Positions 38,618-50,797 of a DNA stretch of 64,000 bases are shown one piece after another. The stretch is from Naegleria gruberi (lineage: Eukaryota). Location: the NCBI GenBank assembly GCA_000004985.1, contig GG738868.1; one strand, given 5' to 3'. A program made the position numbers and the translations under genes. The number at the start of each line of letters is the position of its first letter. Positions within the stretch are counted from its first letter, which is position 1. Below the pieces are notes generated by a model. It had not been told where the DNA came from, did no database searches, and saw nothing but the letters and a program-made list of their open reading frames with translations.

Positions 38618-41600
38618 TTAGGATCTCCAATATTGAGCCCATCTGTGGATATTTTCCATGAGTTGAGGGAAGAGAGCTTTTTCACTTTCATTGATAATAC
38701 TTTGCATGTAGACGTTTGCTTCTTGATCATTTAGGTCAAGTTTAAACTTTTCCTGAACTTTCATGATATTTCTAATAGGATCCATACCTGCACCATGTTC
38801 CAAATCACGAATATTGGCATCAATCATGAGAATAAACATGTTCAAAATCAAGTGAGCCGACTTTCTCAAAATATTGTAAGCAGTCACACATAGCTCCTTA
38901 AATTTGATGTAACCTTCACTCTTACTTCCTCCCATACCTTCTACCATTTCCTTGCAGAGTTTCATTGGGGGAGGGAATGGTTTTGGATCTCTGCCCATAA
39001 TGAAACCAAAGTCAATGTGGAACATTAATCCTTGAGCTGTAATCAAGACATTGTCCAAGTGTCTATCACCAATACCAAGAATGTATGTAATGACACAATA
39101 GCCTGCACAGCTTTTAACAAAGTTTTGACAGGCAGTGTGGTAATCCTCATCCTCTGTGTTATTCTTTCTGAGCCAACCTCTAATATCTCCCTTATCAATA
39201 ACTTGAGCCAAAGCAGAGCAATTTGGTACGCACTCCAAACATCCAAAACTTGGACTGAAAGCCAATACAGAATATGGTGTAAGTTTCAAGTCCAAACCAT
39301 TGTTCTTCAAAAGTTTGTCCATAAGTAAAATCAATTGCATGACCAATTGATCTTGTCTCAAATCATCACCATTCTTTACAATTACACTATACTTGGCGCC
39401 ATTAAGATCAGAGAATGGAATCATCAAAGGACTTTGAGCACTCTTAAAGATGGTGGAATCCTCAGCAAAGATACCATTAACTTTAACTTCAGGATTGAGA
39501 GGTAATGGCAATGGTTCCTCAGGATAGTTCTTTGAAATATTGGAAAGGAAAATCTCAGTCCATGTGTATTGTTCCTTACTATCAAATTGAATGTTTGGAA
39601 TCTCACCCTTTGCAGACAATATCTTTTTAAAGATGGTAATCTTTTCTGGACGAGATAATTTAAGACCTTTCATGTATGAACCAATCTTGCTGAGAGTTTC
39701 AACCATTCTTCCTTGTCTGATAAGCTTTTCAAGGAAGAGAGGTGAATTCTTTTTAAGATGGATAAAGAATTTGTGTCTCATTTCCAAGAAATGTTCTCCA
39801 TACTTTGGATCTTCAGTTTCAACTGCCAGATACCAATTCAAATTGTTGGCAACATTGAAGTTTACACTTGCACGATCCAAAAGGAAAAGAGCCAATTCAG
39901 ATTCATGCAATTTAACTGAGCTAACCTCAATTTCATATCTCAAAGCTTGAACCAATTGTAATAATACATCCAAAATAGCTGCGTCATCAGCCTTTCTTAA
40001 AATATCTACAGCGTAGTCTCTGACAGCCTTTACATTCTTGAACAATCTTGAAAGCAATTCCAAAGCATCGACAGTATCGATCTTGTCCCATTGTGGAATT
40101 AATTTTTCAGCTTCCTTCTTTTGAGCCAAGTAGTTCCAATCGACACATCTCAAGAATTTAGTCAAGGCACGTTTGTTTGATCTCAAGTAGTATCTGTATC
40201 TCCACAACAAACTCTTGTCTTCTGTTGGCATTTCATGAAGCGGAGGATATTCCAATACTTTTTGTATCTTTCTTGTTTCTATGGCGTTTGGTTTGAGGTT
40301 GGTATCAATGAGACCACTTGATAAATTAATACTGAGTTTCAAGTGTTTTTCTTCTGCCAAGTTGGTTTGTTTGGCTTCAGGATCATCAATAAATTGATAC
40401 TTGGTACTAACAATCTCGAATCTGAAGTGATCCTTGTCAGAATCTTCGGAATATGGTACAGGGATAGTTGGTTTAACTTTTTTAGGGATAGGTGTTGGGA
40501 GATTTGGGAAGTAGGTAAAACCACTACAGAATGATGTGGCCAATTCATCACTAGTAGTTGCCAAATAATCAAAATCAACAACTCTTCTATCAAAAGTAGG
40601 AATTTCAATATTCAAAAATGTGTCAAGTGAGGATGAATTGAATTTCTTTTCTCTCAATTGTTCCTTCTTGGTAACTGTGAATTTATCCAACCACGATAAA
40701 TTAGATGTACTTGATGGGATGTCAGTTGTTTCATTAATATTGGAATTTCCAGATTTGTCAGCCTTGTCAGGTTTATCAGAGTTATTTGCCTGAGTGAATT
40801 GATTTAAATAAATGGAAATATTACTATTTTTTGGAATTGAGTTAATTTGTCCAGTAGTTTGTTTAGCATAAGCTTCAAGTTTTTCAACTTTTGCCAGTTC
40901 ATCTCTATAAAGTTTTGTACTATAATCTTCATTCAAAATTTCGTCAACATTCTTATGAGGATGAAGTGGAATTCTATATTTACCAAACTTCAGTCTTCCT
41001 TTCTTACCAAAAAGTGGTAAATAACTACTTCCAATAACAACTCTTTGTGTTGGAGAATAGACATCATAAATTGTGAAACATAATTTAGCCTTTGATGGAA
41101 TTTCATTAAATTTCACAGGAAATTGAATCCACTCATCCCATTGTCTTCTTCCCTCACGTAAAACAACATGACCTGTTGAACTTGGTACACAAATATCAGT
41201 GCCATCCTCAAAACAAAGTGTACATTCAACATACATATCCGTAAATGGACAACCAATAAGTGATTGATATTCATCATCATCTGCTCCATATTTATGATAA
41301 TAATTAGAAAAGTGTTCAAATAAATTTCCCTCCAAACATTCACTATTAAATTATAATTGTGCAATAATAAATAAACTACTATGATGACTACTATGATACT
41401 CACATTTTCACTTGAAATTGTTGATCAACAATATCGGCAATATTATAATAATATTGCAAATTAAAATTATCTGTTGATAAATTAGAAATATTTGGTAGAT
41501 TTTGTTGTTGTTGTGTATTATTGACTCCTGCTTCATCATTGATTGTCATGACACTATTCGTAGTAGTATTATTTGATATTTCATCCAATGTTCTCAAATC

Positions 41601-41696
41601 ATTATTATTACTATTGGTAACAAGTGATGATTCATCCATCATTGATGTTGTGGTCAACAAATCGGCATTCTGTTGTTCATCAACCGTTGCCAACAT
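38618..41696 (-). CDS. VPS34: Class III phosphatidylinositol 3-kinase Vps34 (C2, helical and kinase domains) with an N-terminal N/Q-rich extension exon. complement(join(38618..41342,41404..41696)).
   Basis: The kinase signatures 'GDDLRQDQLVMQLI', 'GIGDRHLDNVLI', 'HIDFGFIMGRDPKPFPPPMKLCKEMVEGMGG' and the C-terminal 'HRWAQYWRS' are colinear with human PIK3C3. The main ORF has no ATG (the track 'M' is a TTG). Exon 1 (ATG 41696…AAAAT|GTGAGT) joins through a 61-nt intron (…TTTAATAG) in phase 2. Confidence 0.85.
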
Positions 41697-41721
41697 TTTT
41701 TAAATATTTTTGTAATAATTC

Positions 41722-42078
41722 ATGTTGTGGCATGATTATCTTCATCATCTTGATCCTTCACTGTTGATCCCATCACGGTATTGGATGGAAATTCTAAAGT
41801 TGATCAAGAGTGAATGCACTCAAAGGCTTCATGAGCAAAACAGAACTCAATTAACTTTGATTATTTACTTGAATGACCGAACAATGACAATAAATGGATT
41901 AATCAGCAGCGCCACTACAGCACATCAACACTTTGAATTTCCCGAATTAATTCCTCTCCAAGTATTATTAACAATAACCACTTGGATTGAATTGAGTAAC
42001 CGATTGATGTGGTTCTTGATTGAAAATGTAGAATGCACTTTTTTGGGCCACTCAACAAATTTGCTACCCAAAGTGTGA
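41722..42078 (+). CDS. Hypothetical protein (118 aa, or 97 aa from the internal ATG at 41785), head-to-head with Vps34. Possibly the first exon of a longer gene.
   Basis: ORF with an ATG and non-repetitive composition (…WMEILKLIKSECTQRLHEQNRTQLTLIIYLNDRTMTINGL…). No family is recognised. It ends at GTG|TGA and could splice onward. Confidence 0.3.
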   Translation: MLWHDYLHHLDPSLLIPSRYWMEILKLIKSECTQRLHEQNRTQLTLIIYLNDRTMTINGLISSATTAHQHFEFPELIPLQVLLTITTWIELSNRLMWFLIENVECTFLGHSTNLLPKV

Positions 42079-42595
42079 GCACTATTTAATTCATTAATAT
42101 GAAAAAAAAGCAACGCAACTGTTCACTGCTTTTATGGACTTATAAACAAAAACACTAATAATATATAATGTACTTTTCAGAGGAGGATTTTGATGGGTTA
42201 TTCGAAAGACATGCTGCAGTATCGAATGCAGTTGAAAATGTTGAGGATGAAGAATTTACGACGAAAATTATTGAACAAGTTTATAGAGAAAGGAATAAGG
42301 GAGTTAATGGAATGTTGATGGAGGGGAGGAATGGGAGGAGGAAATTAATAAGTCATGAAATTGAAAACTTTGGCGATTATTGTAAAATTGTCATTAGGTT
42401 AGTTTCAGATAGAGTTTATATTGGAAATGCTAACAAATTCATAGTCATAATACGTTACTACTCTCATTCGAGGAGTGGATATTTTTGTACATACTCAAAT
42501 TATCAGAATTATTCTCCAACTCTATGAATTCTCTGCGGTCTTGGTTTAATAAATTGTGAATATTGTAAAGTTTTTAAATTCTTAATCAAAAAAAA

Positions 42596-43546
42596 ATGAA
42601 CAAACGCAGAAAAGTGGAAAGTAATAGTATTGACGGCTCTTCAAGCTCTCCTGCGAATCTACCAATCGTAAATCCATTTTTTGATGAATATTTAACAGAC
42701 GATTTGTTAGCAATAATTATTGAATTCATCGGAGATGATAAAATATTAAATTACATGCTCGTCAATAAGAGATTTAATCGAGTGATCAATGATGATCAAT
42801 ATGATTGTTTCAGACATTTCGAATATGAGCTCCCATTCACTTTTGATCCTCCGAAAAATTGTAATCTTGTTAGAAAATTAAGGATTTGTTCCATTGATGA
42901 AGATGTTTATGATTTTGATGAGGAAATTGCAATGATGAAATTTAACAAGGTTACTGAATTAATTGTTTTGGATGAATGTAGTTACTCATTCGGCTCTGCG
43001 TGTAAGGTTATCGATGCATCGAATGTGAAAATATTGTCTATTAATTTTGCAATCAGTACAGATGTTCTCAAACAAATTACTGAAGATTTCACTAATTTAG
43101 AAACACTCATTATTGCAGATTTTGAAGGTATTGCCCATAATGAAATTGAAAAGGAACTACCTACACTAACACATTTCATATTTAGTGAAGATTTAGATTA
43201 CTCATACAGTTACGAACCATTCGAAATTGATAGATTTTGTAATGTTTTCAATTTTACTCCAAATTTACGAACCATAGAATGTGAACCAATAGTTGGTTAT
43301 ATGAATTTGAATGCATTAATTAAGATATGTTCTCAATTGGAATCATTGGAATATATAAAGGTTGGAATAGTGTTGGAAAATAGCAAAATTGAAAGTTATC
43401 CCTCCCTAAATGAATTGATGAAACGAAAGTTGTTGAAACTTGAATTGAATTGTTACTCGCACATTGCTCTTGATGTGCTCACCAAATATTTTACAAATTT
43501 CAAAGATCAAACGAAGATAACATTGGAAGAAAGATTATACTTGTAG
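42596..43546 (+). CDS. F-box-like/LRR-like protein (316 aa).
   Basis: The N-terminal region after a basic stretch, 'LTDDLLAIIIEFIGDDKILNYMLVNKRFNRVIND', has an F-box-like pattern. Downstream there are irregular Leu-rich repeats. Confidence 0.45.
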   Translation: MNKRRKVESNSIDGSSSSPANLPIVNPFFDEYLTDDLLAIIIEFIGDDKILNYMLVNKRFNRVINDDQYDCFRHFEYELPFTFDPPKNCNLVRKLRICSIDEDVYDFDEEIAMMKFNKVTELIVLDECSYSFGSACKVIDASNVKILSINFAISTDVLKQITEDFTNLETLIIADFEGIAHNEIEKELPTLTHFIFSEDLDYSYSYEPFEIDRFCNVFNFTPNLRTIECEPIVGYMNLNALIKICSQLESLEYIKVGIVLENSKIESYPSLNELMKRKLLKLELNCYSHIALDVLTKYFTNFKDQTKITLEERLYL

Positions 43547-43925
43547 AACAAGTTATTGGAATCAATGATTGGATTATTATTCATGATGATAAGTTATCAA
43601 GACAAACAATCAAAACCTTCACATATCAACACAATGATTCGTTACCCGTGTTCCAAAAGAATCTTGTGTTCAATTGTATTGTAATGGAATGACAGATCCT
43701 TCATCCATCATTTCATAGTTTCTTTTGTTGTGCTCAATAGTGTCTCGATCTTTTGATATTATCACATTTCTTTAATATTATGTTAAATGTTAATAGACAT
43801 GTCAAATAAATAATTAACATCTGTCATGTTTCAATTTTACCATGAAGTAAATGAGCAGGAATTAAGTGATAGATGAACTAATATGTAAACGAATTAATAG
43901 ATGATATTTACTTCCTTTCAAAAAA

Positions 43926-46900
43926 ATGCCACAAGTCGAAACAATGACAAGAGACAGCAACAAAGGAGTTGGAGGTAACGAACGATCATCATCAACTCAA
44001 GCATTAGTACTTTATACGTTTGAAGCATCTTCTTCAAATGAAATGTCAATAATCGGTAAGTTTAATGTTGAATAAGTTTCGAATAAATTTGCAAAGAGAA
44101 TCAAATATTAACAGTTATTAAAAGTGATGATGATTGGACACTTTGTAAAAATCCAGAAACATCACAACTAGGTTATGTTCCAACACAATATATTCAAATA
44201 ATTGTTAAACCTCAAATTCGACCTCAACTAAATGTTAGCCGAAAGGTTTCGAATAATCAACAATCAACCACCACAACCAGTACATCGATCAATGTTTCAT
44301 CAAACAAACAACAAGAAAGAAATAATTCTGATCACGAAACTAATCAAAAACCTCCACTTTCGGCTAGAAACAAAGTTTCGTCTACACAAGTACCAACCTC
44401 TTCTTCTTCATCGAATGAGACAATAACAACTACAACACCAACAATCAATACCAAGTTAGCAGATTCACAAAAATCCTCATCTCCACAATCACCTGCCACA
44501 TCAACATCATCAACTGACAATTTTACATCTGTCAAACAAAGAATTAAATTCTTACAAGAACATCAATTACCAATTCCTGGTGCAAATAACACAACAAATC
44601 AACAAGATAAGTCAAAACGTGTTCAATTTGTTCAAACTCCAAGAAATCAAGATTCTTCACCAATTCCTAATACTGTTAATAATAATGTTAATGTTAATAC
44701 TACTACTAATAATAATACTGTTAATAATAATACCAATAATAGTGGTAATGGTAGTGGTATTAATCAATCATCAACAATAGAGAGTGGTTCTTCGAGTGGA
44801 AATGTTTCTGGAAGACCTCCAAAACCAAAAGGTTACTCAACTGGAACACCAAGTGGTAATAACAATGGTAATATTTCAGGAATTAATTCTAGTGGTTCAA
44901 CATCAGGATCTTCATCATTGAATGTTTCAACACCTCCAAGTGGAACTAGTCCAGTTCTCAATAATTATTTACAAATGTATGGAGCTGTTCCAATTTTACC
45001 ATTTGTAAAACCTATGCAAACAAAGAATTTGACTCCTGATGAAACTTATGAAAATGCAGTGAATAATTCAATTTCAAATAATCAATATAGTACTAGTGGT
45101 AGTTCATTGAATGGAAGTTCTGTGCCTACTTCTACACAAGATTCCAATTTATTGGTTGATACTCGTGTCGAGGATAAGAAGGGATTGGCTAAATTGGGGA
45201 GAAGTTTATCACGTAAATTTAAAAAGAATCATAAGAATCATCACTCTGCAGCAACTCCAACGAGTGGAGATGATGATGAGATTATTCAATCATCAACCAC
45301 TGGTCATACAGATTACTTGAAAACAAGTCCTAGAGCAACTACTTCATTCCAACAATCACCAATTACCTCACTAACTAATGAAAATGAATTTGATAAGCCA
45401 GCACTTCCTCCAAAGAAAACCAGAGGAATTGAAGAGGAATTAGATGCAGCCGATAAGAGAAAAACTCTTCCAGTCAACATGAGAAATGATCTATTCCAAA
45501 AGATGCACAGTCAATTGAAAATGCAATCATTCACAGGTGACAATGCTCCTTCACTTTCTCGAACTGGAAGTATTCTTCAAACAACACAGGCTGAAGATGA
45601 TGTTCAATTCATCAATGAAATAAGAAAACCATCAATGAGCAAATCAGTTGCTGTAAAATTAATTGCTGACAAGATGAAATTCTATAATAACTATAGATTA
45701 ATGAAATACTATCTCCAAAAAGATGAATCTCTCAAGAATGCCAGAATAAGAAAGCAAAAGGTGTTGGAAATTGTTAGTACAGAAAGAGATTATGTACAAA
45801 ATATTCATATTTGTGTTGATGAATTCCTAGCTCCAATGAGAACAAATCCAAAGAAGTTTGGTGTTAAAAACGAGCAATTGGATGTTCTCTTCTTGAATAT
45901 TCTCCAAATTTTACAATGTAATCAAGAATTATTGAAGAGATTGAATGAACAAGTCAATGAAAATCAACAAGGAAGAACAACATGTGTGAGGATTGGTATT
46001 GTCTTTAGAGAAATGGCTGTGTGGTTCAAACTCTACACAGATTATATCAATAACCATGAGTCTGCCACCAGCACTTATGATTCACTGATTGAGAGAAAGA
46101 AAAAGTTTGCTGCCTACATTGAAAAGCAACAAAATAATCCAAAATGTAAAAATTTACCACTTGCTGCCTATTTAATTCAACCTGTTCAAAGAATTCCAAG
46201 ATATAGTAAGTAGAAAACTATGAAATATTCAATTATTAACCTATTGAAATTTTACAATCAAAATAGGACTTTTACTTGCTGACGTTATAAAATTGACACC
46301 AACAGATCACGTTGATTTTGATGATCTGCAAAAGGGTTATCAAGCAATTCTTGAAATTGCTGATTGGGTCAATGAAAGAAAGAGAGAGAATGAAAATCAA
46401 CACTCTCTCACTAAATTACAACTCAAATTAACCGATTCAGAATTTAAACAAATTTTCCTTCCTCATAGAAAGTTAATTTCCAAGACTGAAACATTGAAAT
46501 CAACAATAACTTTTAAGGATCATGAATCTGATTTTGACAAGTATTTTGCATTTAACAGACAAACAGAAGCTTACTTGTTTTCTGATATGTTAATCATAGC
46601 ACTTGGAGAACAAGTTGATACTTCACAAGCTCTCTCCCAGCAACACATTATTATGAGAGAAAATTTGGTAATCATTTACTTTGTATTTGTAAAAATTGTA
46701 AAAGTAGAATATATGCAACCAGTTGAGGATGCTCCAGCACAAACTGATTCAGTTCCAAATATGGTTCAAATAGCATATGGATTGAGAGGAAAGGATTTAA
46801 TGTTTGAATTCAATTTAGAATCATGTGATAACCATTTCTCTAAAAAGATTCTCTCCTGTATTAATACATGTAAGAAGAATGTCTCAAATAAGACAGGCAT

Positions 46901-47300
46901 GGATCCAGAAAGTCTATTTGGTGTCTCTGCTCAATTCAATAGAATTTTGAGATCGATACCAGAAATTAAAGATCAAATGAAAAGAAAAAAGGAAAAGGCA
47001 ACTAGAATGCAAGCTGAAATAACGACCATATCTAAGGAAATTGAAAGAAAAGAACAGGAAGTTCTCAGATTATTGGAAGAAATCAATAATTTGAAAGAAC
47101 AAAAGATGCAAAATGAATTGGGAATTTCAGAGGCAGAACAAGACTCTGTTAAATCTTCCTCAGATTTCAAACAAGTAGCAGAAGAAAAGAAGAAATGTCA
47201 GGAAAATGTCTTTACAATTCTTGGAAATGATTTATTTGCATACACTGAAATGTTCGGTTCAATTTCAAATCGAGACGATCCTAAAATACTAATGGATTAA
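43926..47300 (+). CDS. SH3 - DH/PH (Dbl-type Rho guanine-nucleotide exchange factor) - coiled-coil protein (about 1084 aa). join(43926..44055,44115..46205,46267..47300).
   Basis: The SH3 domain is split by a 59-nt intron: '…ALVLYTFEASSSNEMSIIG|VIKSDDDWTLCKNPETSQLGYVPTQYIQI'. A long S/T/N-rich linker follows. The DH domain is '…VLEIVSTERDYVQNIHICVDEF…LPLAAYLIQPVQRIPRY|RLLLADVIKLTP', split by a 61-nt GTAAGT..AAAATAG intron in phase 1. Then comes a PH-like region and a C-terminal coiled coil. Confidence 0.75.
44675..44757 (+). repeat. Coding (AAT)n-type imperfect trinucleotide microsatellite encoding an Asn/Thr/Val-rich tract in the RhoGEF linker.
   Basis: 'gttaataataatgttaatgttaatactactactaataataatactgttaataataataccaataatagtggtaatggtagtggt'. 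Confidence 0.6.
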
Positions 47301-47319
47301 ATAAATAATGAAAGTTGTT

Positions 47320-49076
47320 TTATTCTCCATTATTGGTTACCCTCTTGAATACCTCAGAGTACTTTTCAATTTGTCTATAGACGAGAAAGTTTTCCTTCAC
47401 TCGTTTCTCTGAATTAATTCCATAAAGAGTTCTCTTCTTTTCATCTAACAGCATTTCGGATAGAGTTTGAGCAATTTCAAAATCATCTTGAGCATTCACT
47501 AAGCGACCATCAATTCCATCCCTCAATTGAATTCTCAATCCAACAGCTTGTCTTGAACCCATCACTGGAATTCCCTTAAACATTGCCTCAGTACAAGTTA
47601 ATCCGAAACTCTCTCTTAAACTATTCTGAACCACAACAAGTGAACATCTCTGAAGAGCATTGACAATGAGAGCATTTTGTTGAACGTTATTCATTGGAAG
47701 TGAGAGAATGGCAACATCCTCCTGTAGTTCAGGACTCAAATCAGCATAGAAAACTGACAATTCCTCAAATACTTGCAATCCTTCAGGATCATCTTGAATG
47801 AATTTAGGATCTGGACCTGCCAATACTTTACAAAACAATCAAATTTCTTTGTTTTTCAAAGAATTAACTTACCTAGCTTGACTCTCTTTAATAATTTCAT
47901 TTCTTCTTCTGTTAATTTCTCTGACATTGTTTCAAGATTTTGTTTCATTCTCAACCAACCTTTCATGAGTGGAATCCAACCTTTCAATCTGTCCCATCTA
48001 CTTATTTGAGTGACAATTGGATTGAATGGAATGCCTAATAGATATGGATCTCTGAATAATCTCTTAACTTTGTGTGGATATTTGGATTTCCACTCAAATT
48101 CTTCTTCACATCTAGTCAACCCAGATTGAACTAGAATATTCATAATTTCATTGGTTGATAAATGTTGATTCTTTGGATTGAATGGTGATAAACTTGGATA
48201 AATAATTGAAAAGTTATTCTTCAAATATGAAGGAGCATACTCTGGTGAAGTAAAAATTGAATGGTCAACCATTTGAATATATGGCTGAAGGAAATTCCAA
48301 GCACATCTTGTTTGAAAATTATGTTCATCCAATCCAATATGACATCTGAATATGACCTTCACTCTATTTCCAAATACTTCACGAATGCTCTTTACTAATC
48401 CCAAAGGTTGAGGATCATGTAATACTTTATGTGAAATAATTTCACAAATTATTAAGCTAAACTTCAAACCCATTATTGTAATACATACTCACAATATCAC
48501 CCTCACTGATAATACTACCAGTCAGGAAGCCCTCACTATTGGCATTCTCTCTATTCACATTTTCGTAAACAATTCGATCCTCAGATGTAAAGTCACGATC
48601 TTCTCCACTGCCATGAATGAAATTGTGAATCTTTTTAGTTACACTGAAAAACATTTCATCATCTGTATTGATTGTTAACCACGATGCCTGCATAATTGTA
48701 TATTGATTTAGCAATGTTTCATTATTTTGTTTTGTATTAATAAACAATACATACAGTATAGCCAACTTCATTCATTGTACCACATAATCTTAACTGATCG
48801 ATTAGAGAGAATGAATTGAATAAAAGAGATGATAATACGTACCAACATTTCTGCAACACCTCCTCCAACTGCTGTTGAATTAATGTGCCATATCTTTCTA
48901 TTGGAAAATGGTTTCACTTTCCTTTTCATTTTACCTTAAGAATGTTAATTCACTAACTGAATTATTTAAATAATATATTTACCAATTGCTTCAGAAAAGG
49001 AAGCATACTTTGATTGTTCTTCCAATGATAACGTATCTTCTTTGTCTTTGGCTTCCTTTACGAATTTTAGAGGCAT
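47320..49076 (-). CDS. Glycosyltransferase family 4, trehalose-synthase (TreT)-like, 6 exons. complement(join(47320..47825,47873..48424,48519..48687,48755..48793,48843..48934,48983..49076)).
   Basis: The spliced product '…RKIWHINSTAVGGGVAEML|LRLCGTMNEVGYT|ASWLTINTDDEMFF…NVNRENANSEGFLT|VLHDPQPLGL…|VLAGPDP…LRESFGLTCTEAMFKGIPVMGSRQAVGLRIQLRDGIDGRLV…' is colinear with archaeal/bacterial TreT (VNSTSFGGGVAEIL…NVNRENSKF…VLVHDPQPAAL…REGFGLTVTEAMWKGKPVIGRAVGGI). All five introns (47-94 nt) are GT..AG and phase-consistent. Confidence 0.65.
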
Positions 49077-49219
49077 TTCTTTTACTCAATGATTCTCTTT
49101 GATTATTCTAAAAGAGGAAAAAAGACAAAAAAATAACAAAGTAAATTGTACAAAATTAAAAGGGAGTTTTAGTTTAGGGGAGTTATTTGATACAGAGGAA
49201 GGAAAAAGGTATGATGAAA

Positions 49220-50797
49220 TTACCACTTCTTTTGATTTTGTTGATGTGTGGTATTATTGGTTGGATTACCTGATGGATAAGCTGGATAAACAATTTGGTT
49301 TGGATGTCCAAAAACGTAGCCAGATTGTGGGTATTGGGATTGGTAACCTGGGAGATAAGCTGGGTATGGATTAACCTTAGCTTCGTTTTGTGGAGATTCT
49401 GATTTATGCTTATTGTCCATTTGCATTTGTTGACTTTGTGGATACATGAAGAAGTATGGTTGTTGAACGAATGGATAGTTAGCATCTTGTTGATGTTGTT
49501 CAGCATCTTCAGAACCAGTAGCTTGATTGTACATTCCGAATCCTTCTTGACTATAACCAAAACCTTGATTAAAGTTCTTATTAGTATTAACACCTTGAGC
49601 ACCTTGAGGTTGATAATATTGATAAATGTATGGGTAATATTGAGGATGATATGGATATTGATGATTTGGAATGTATGGAATGCCATAATTGTGATGCATC
49701 TTTGGATCAGACCAGAATTGACCATTTTGCATTTGTGGGTTAGTTTGAGCGTTTGGTTGATTAACAGAAGAAGTAGGTTGAGATTTTGGAAGTGGTTGAG
49801 ATCCTAAATCCAAAGTACCGAATTGAATATTTTGAGTAGTATTGTATGGAATACCTGTTGGCATTTGGAGTTGTGGTTGTTCTTCTTGTTGAGTTGGTCT
49901 TTGTTCGAATGAAGTTTGGTAGTTTGATTGAGCAGATTGTTGTGGTTGTTGAATTGGTTGAGATGGTTGTTGGATTTCAACTTGTTCTTCAACTTGTTGT
50001 TCAACTTCTTCATTGGCCAATTCTTCTTCTGGTACTTCTTCTTCGACAACAGATTCTTGGACAATTTGTTGTTGAATTTGAACTGGTTCTTGGACAGGTT
50101 CTTTAACCTCTTCCTTTGGAGCCTTCTTATCACCCTTTTTCTTTCGTTGTTGATTTCGTTCATTCTTAGCTTTTTCCTTTTGATCCTTGGCTTGTTGTTC
50201 CAAAAGTTTCTTTTCTTCATCAATCTTCTTCTTTTCTTCATCTTCCTTTTTTTTGAAAGCAGCAGCAGCTTCGCTGTATGAAAGAACCTTGGCTTGTTGT
50301 GGTTGAGTTTGTTTTGGTTCTTCTACAACTTCGTCTTCTGGAGCAGAAAAATTACGAACTTCAGATGATGTTGTTTTGTCTTGCTTAGATGGTTTTTTCT
50401 TGTTTGGTTTATCATTTGTAGGAGAGGCTGGTTGTTGTGTGGTTGATGTTGATCTAGGGCCTGATGGTGAGGAACCAGCACGGCTTCCACCACGAGAACC
50501 ACCTCTACCTCCACGACCACCTCTACCACCTCTAGTAGTCTTTTGTGTTCTGATATCCTTTTTCTCTACGGTTGTCCAATCTTCCTTACCATCAACCTTC
50601 TTTTGTACTACAAGTTGAACATCATAGTTGTTTTCTTCGAGACATCTTTGGATTTCATTTTTTTTCCAATCACCGAACATTTCTTGGATTTGTCTTACTT
50701 TTTTCTCAACATCCCTTGGAAGGTTATCACCTTCAGAGTTATTGTTGTTGTATTGTCTTTTAGTGTATGTTTGCTTTCCTCCTTTGTTTTGGGACAT
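49220..50797 (-). CDS. CUE-domain protein with an RGG box and a long Q/P/Y-rich low-complexity tail (Def1-like architecture).
   Basis: The N-terminal 'LPRDVEKKVRQIQEMFGDWKKNEIQRCLEENNYDVQLVV' is a CUE-like ubiquitin-binding helix bundle. It is followed by 'RGGRGGRGGRGGSRGGSR', a K/E coiled segment, then QP/Y-rich repeats to the end. Confidence 0.5.
   Translation of the reverse strand: MSQNKGGKQTYTKRQYNNNNSEGDNLPRDVEKKVRQIQEMFGDWKKNEIQRCLEENNYDVQLVVQKKVDGKEDWTTVEKKDIRTQKTTRGGRGGRGGRGGSRGGSRAGSSPSGPRSTSTTQQPASPTNDKPNKKKPSKQDKTTSSEVRNFSAPEDEVVEEPKQTQPQQAKVLSYSEAAAAFKKKEDEEKKKIDEEKKLLEQQAKDQKEKAKNERNQQRKKKGDKKAPKEEVKEPVQEPVQIQQQIVQESVVEEEVPEEELANEEVEQQVEEQVEIQQPSQPIQQPQQSAQSNYQTSFEQRPTQQEEQPQLQMPTGIPYNTTQNIQFGTLDLGSQPLPKSQPTSSVNQPNAQTNPQMQNGQFWSDPKMHHNYGIPYIPNHQYPYHPQYYPYIYQYYQPQGAQGVNTNKNFNQGFGYSQEGFGMYNQATGSEDAEQHQQDANYPFVQQPYFFMYPQSQQMQMDNKHKSESPQNEAKVNPYPAYLPGYQSQYPQSGYVFGHPNQIVYPAYPSGNPTNNTTHQQNQKKW

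Noticed and set aside
42168-42527. 119-aa plus-strand ORF beginning right after a 'tacttttcag' acceptor-like site
   Set aside because: The track start is not an ATG, and the ORF begins immediately 3' of an intron-acceptor-like sequence. It probably belongs with the 41722 ORF as a later exon. I could not find a phase-consistent donor/acceptor pair to join them, and no family is recognisable. It is left unannotated rather than guessed.
46642-46678. Possible intron in the RhoGEF PH region (gtaatc…aaaag, 37 nt)
   Set aside because: The segment reads through in frame as …ENLVIIYFVFVKIVKVEY…. No GT..AG excision of 3n length with sensible ends restores a better PH alignment, so I kept it as exon.
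48425-48518. Alternative 28-nt micro-intron (48463..48490) joining the TreT exons
   Set aside because: A 28-nt GT..AG excision also restores frame, but it leaves an extra 15 residues. The 94-nt intron (GTAGTA…CATAAAG) instead recreates the conserved TreT motif NVNREN-(14)-VLHDPQP with normal intron size, so I preferred it.
49804-50281. Several K/L/F-rich ORFs on both strands (49804..50241 minus, 49846..50106 plus, 49928..50281 plus)
   Set aside because: These are all alternative frames or antisense of the Q/E/K-rich low-complexity region of the CUE/RGG gene (49220..50797). They have no independent support.
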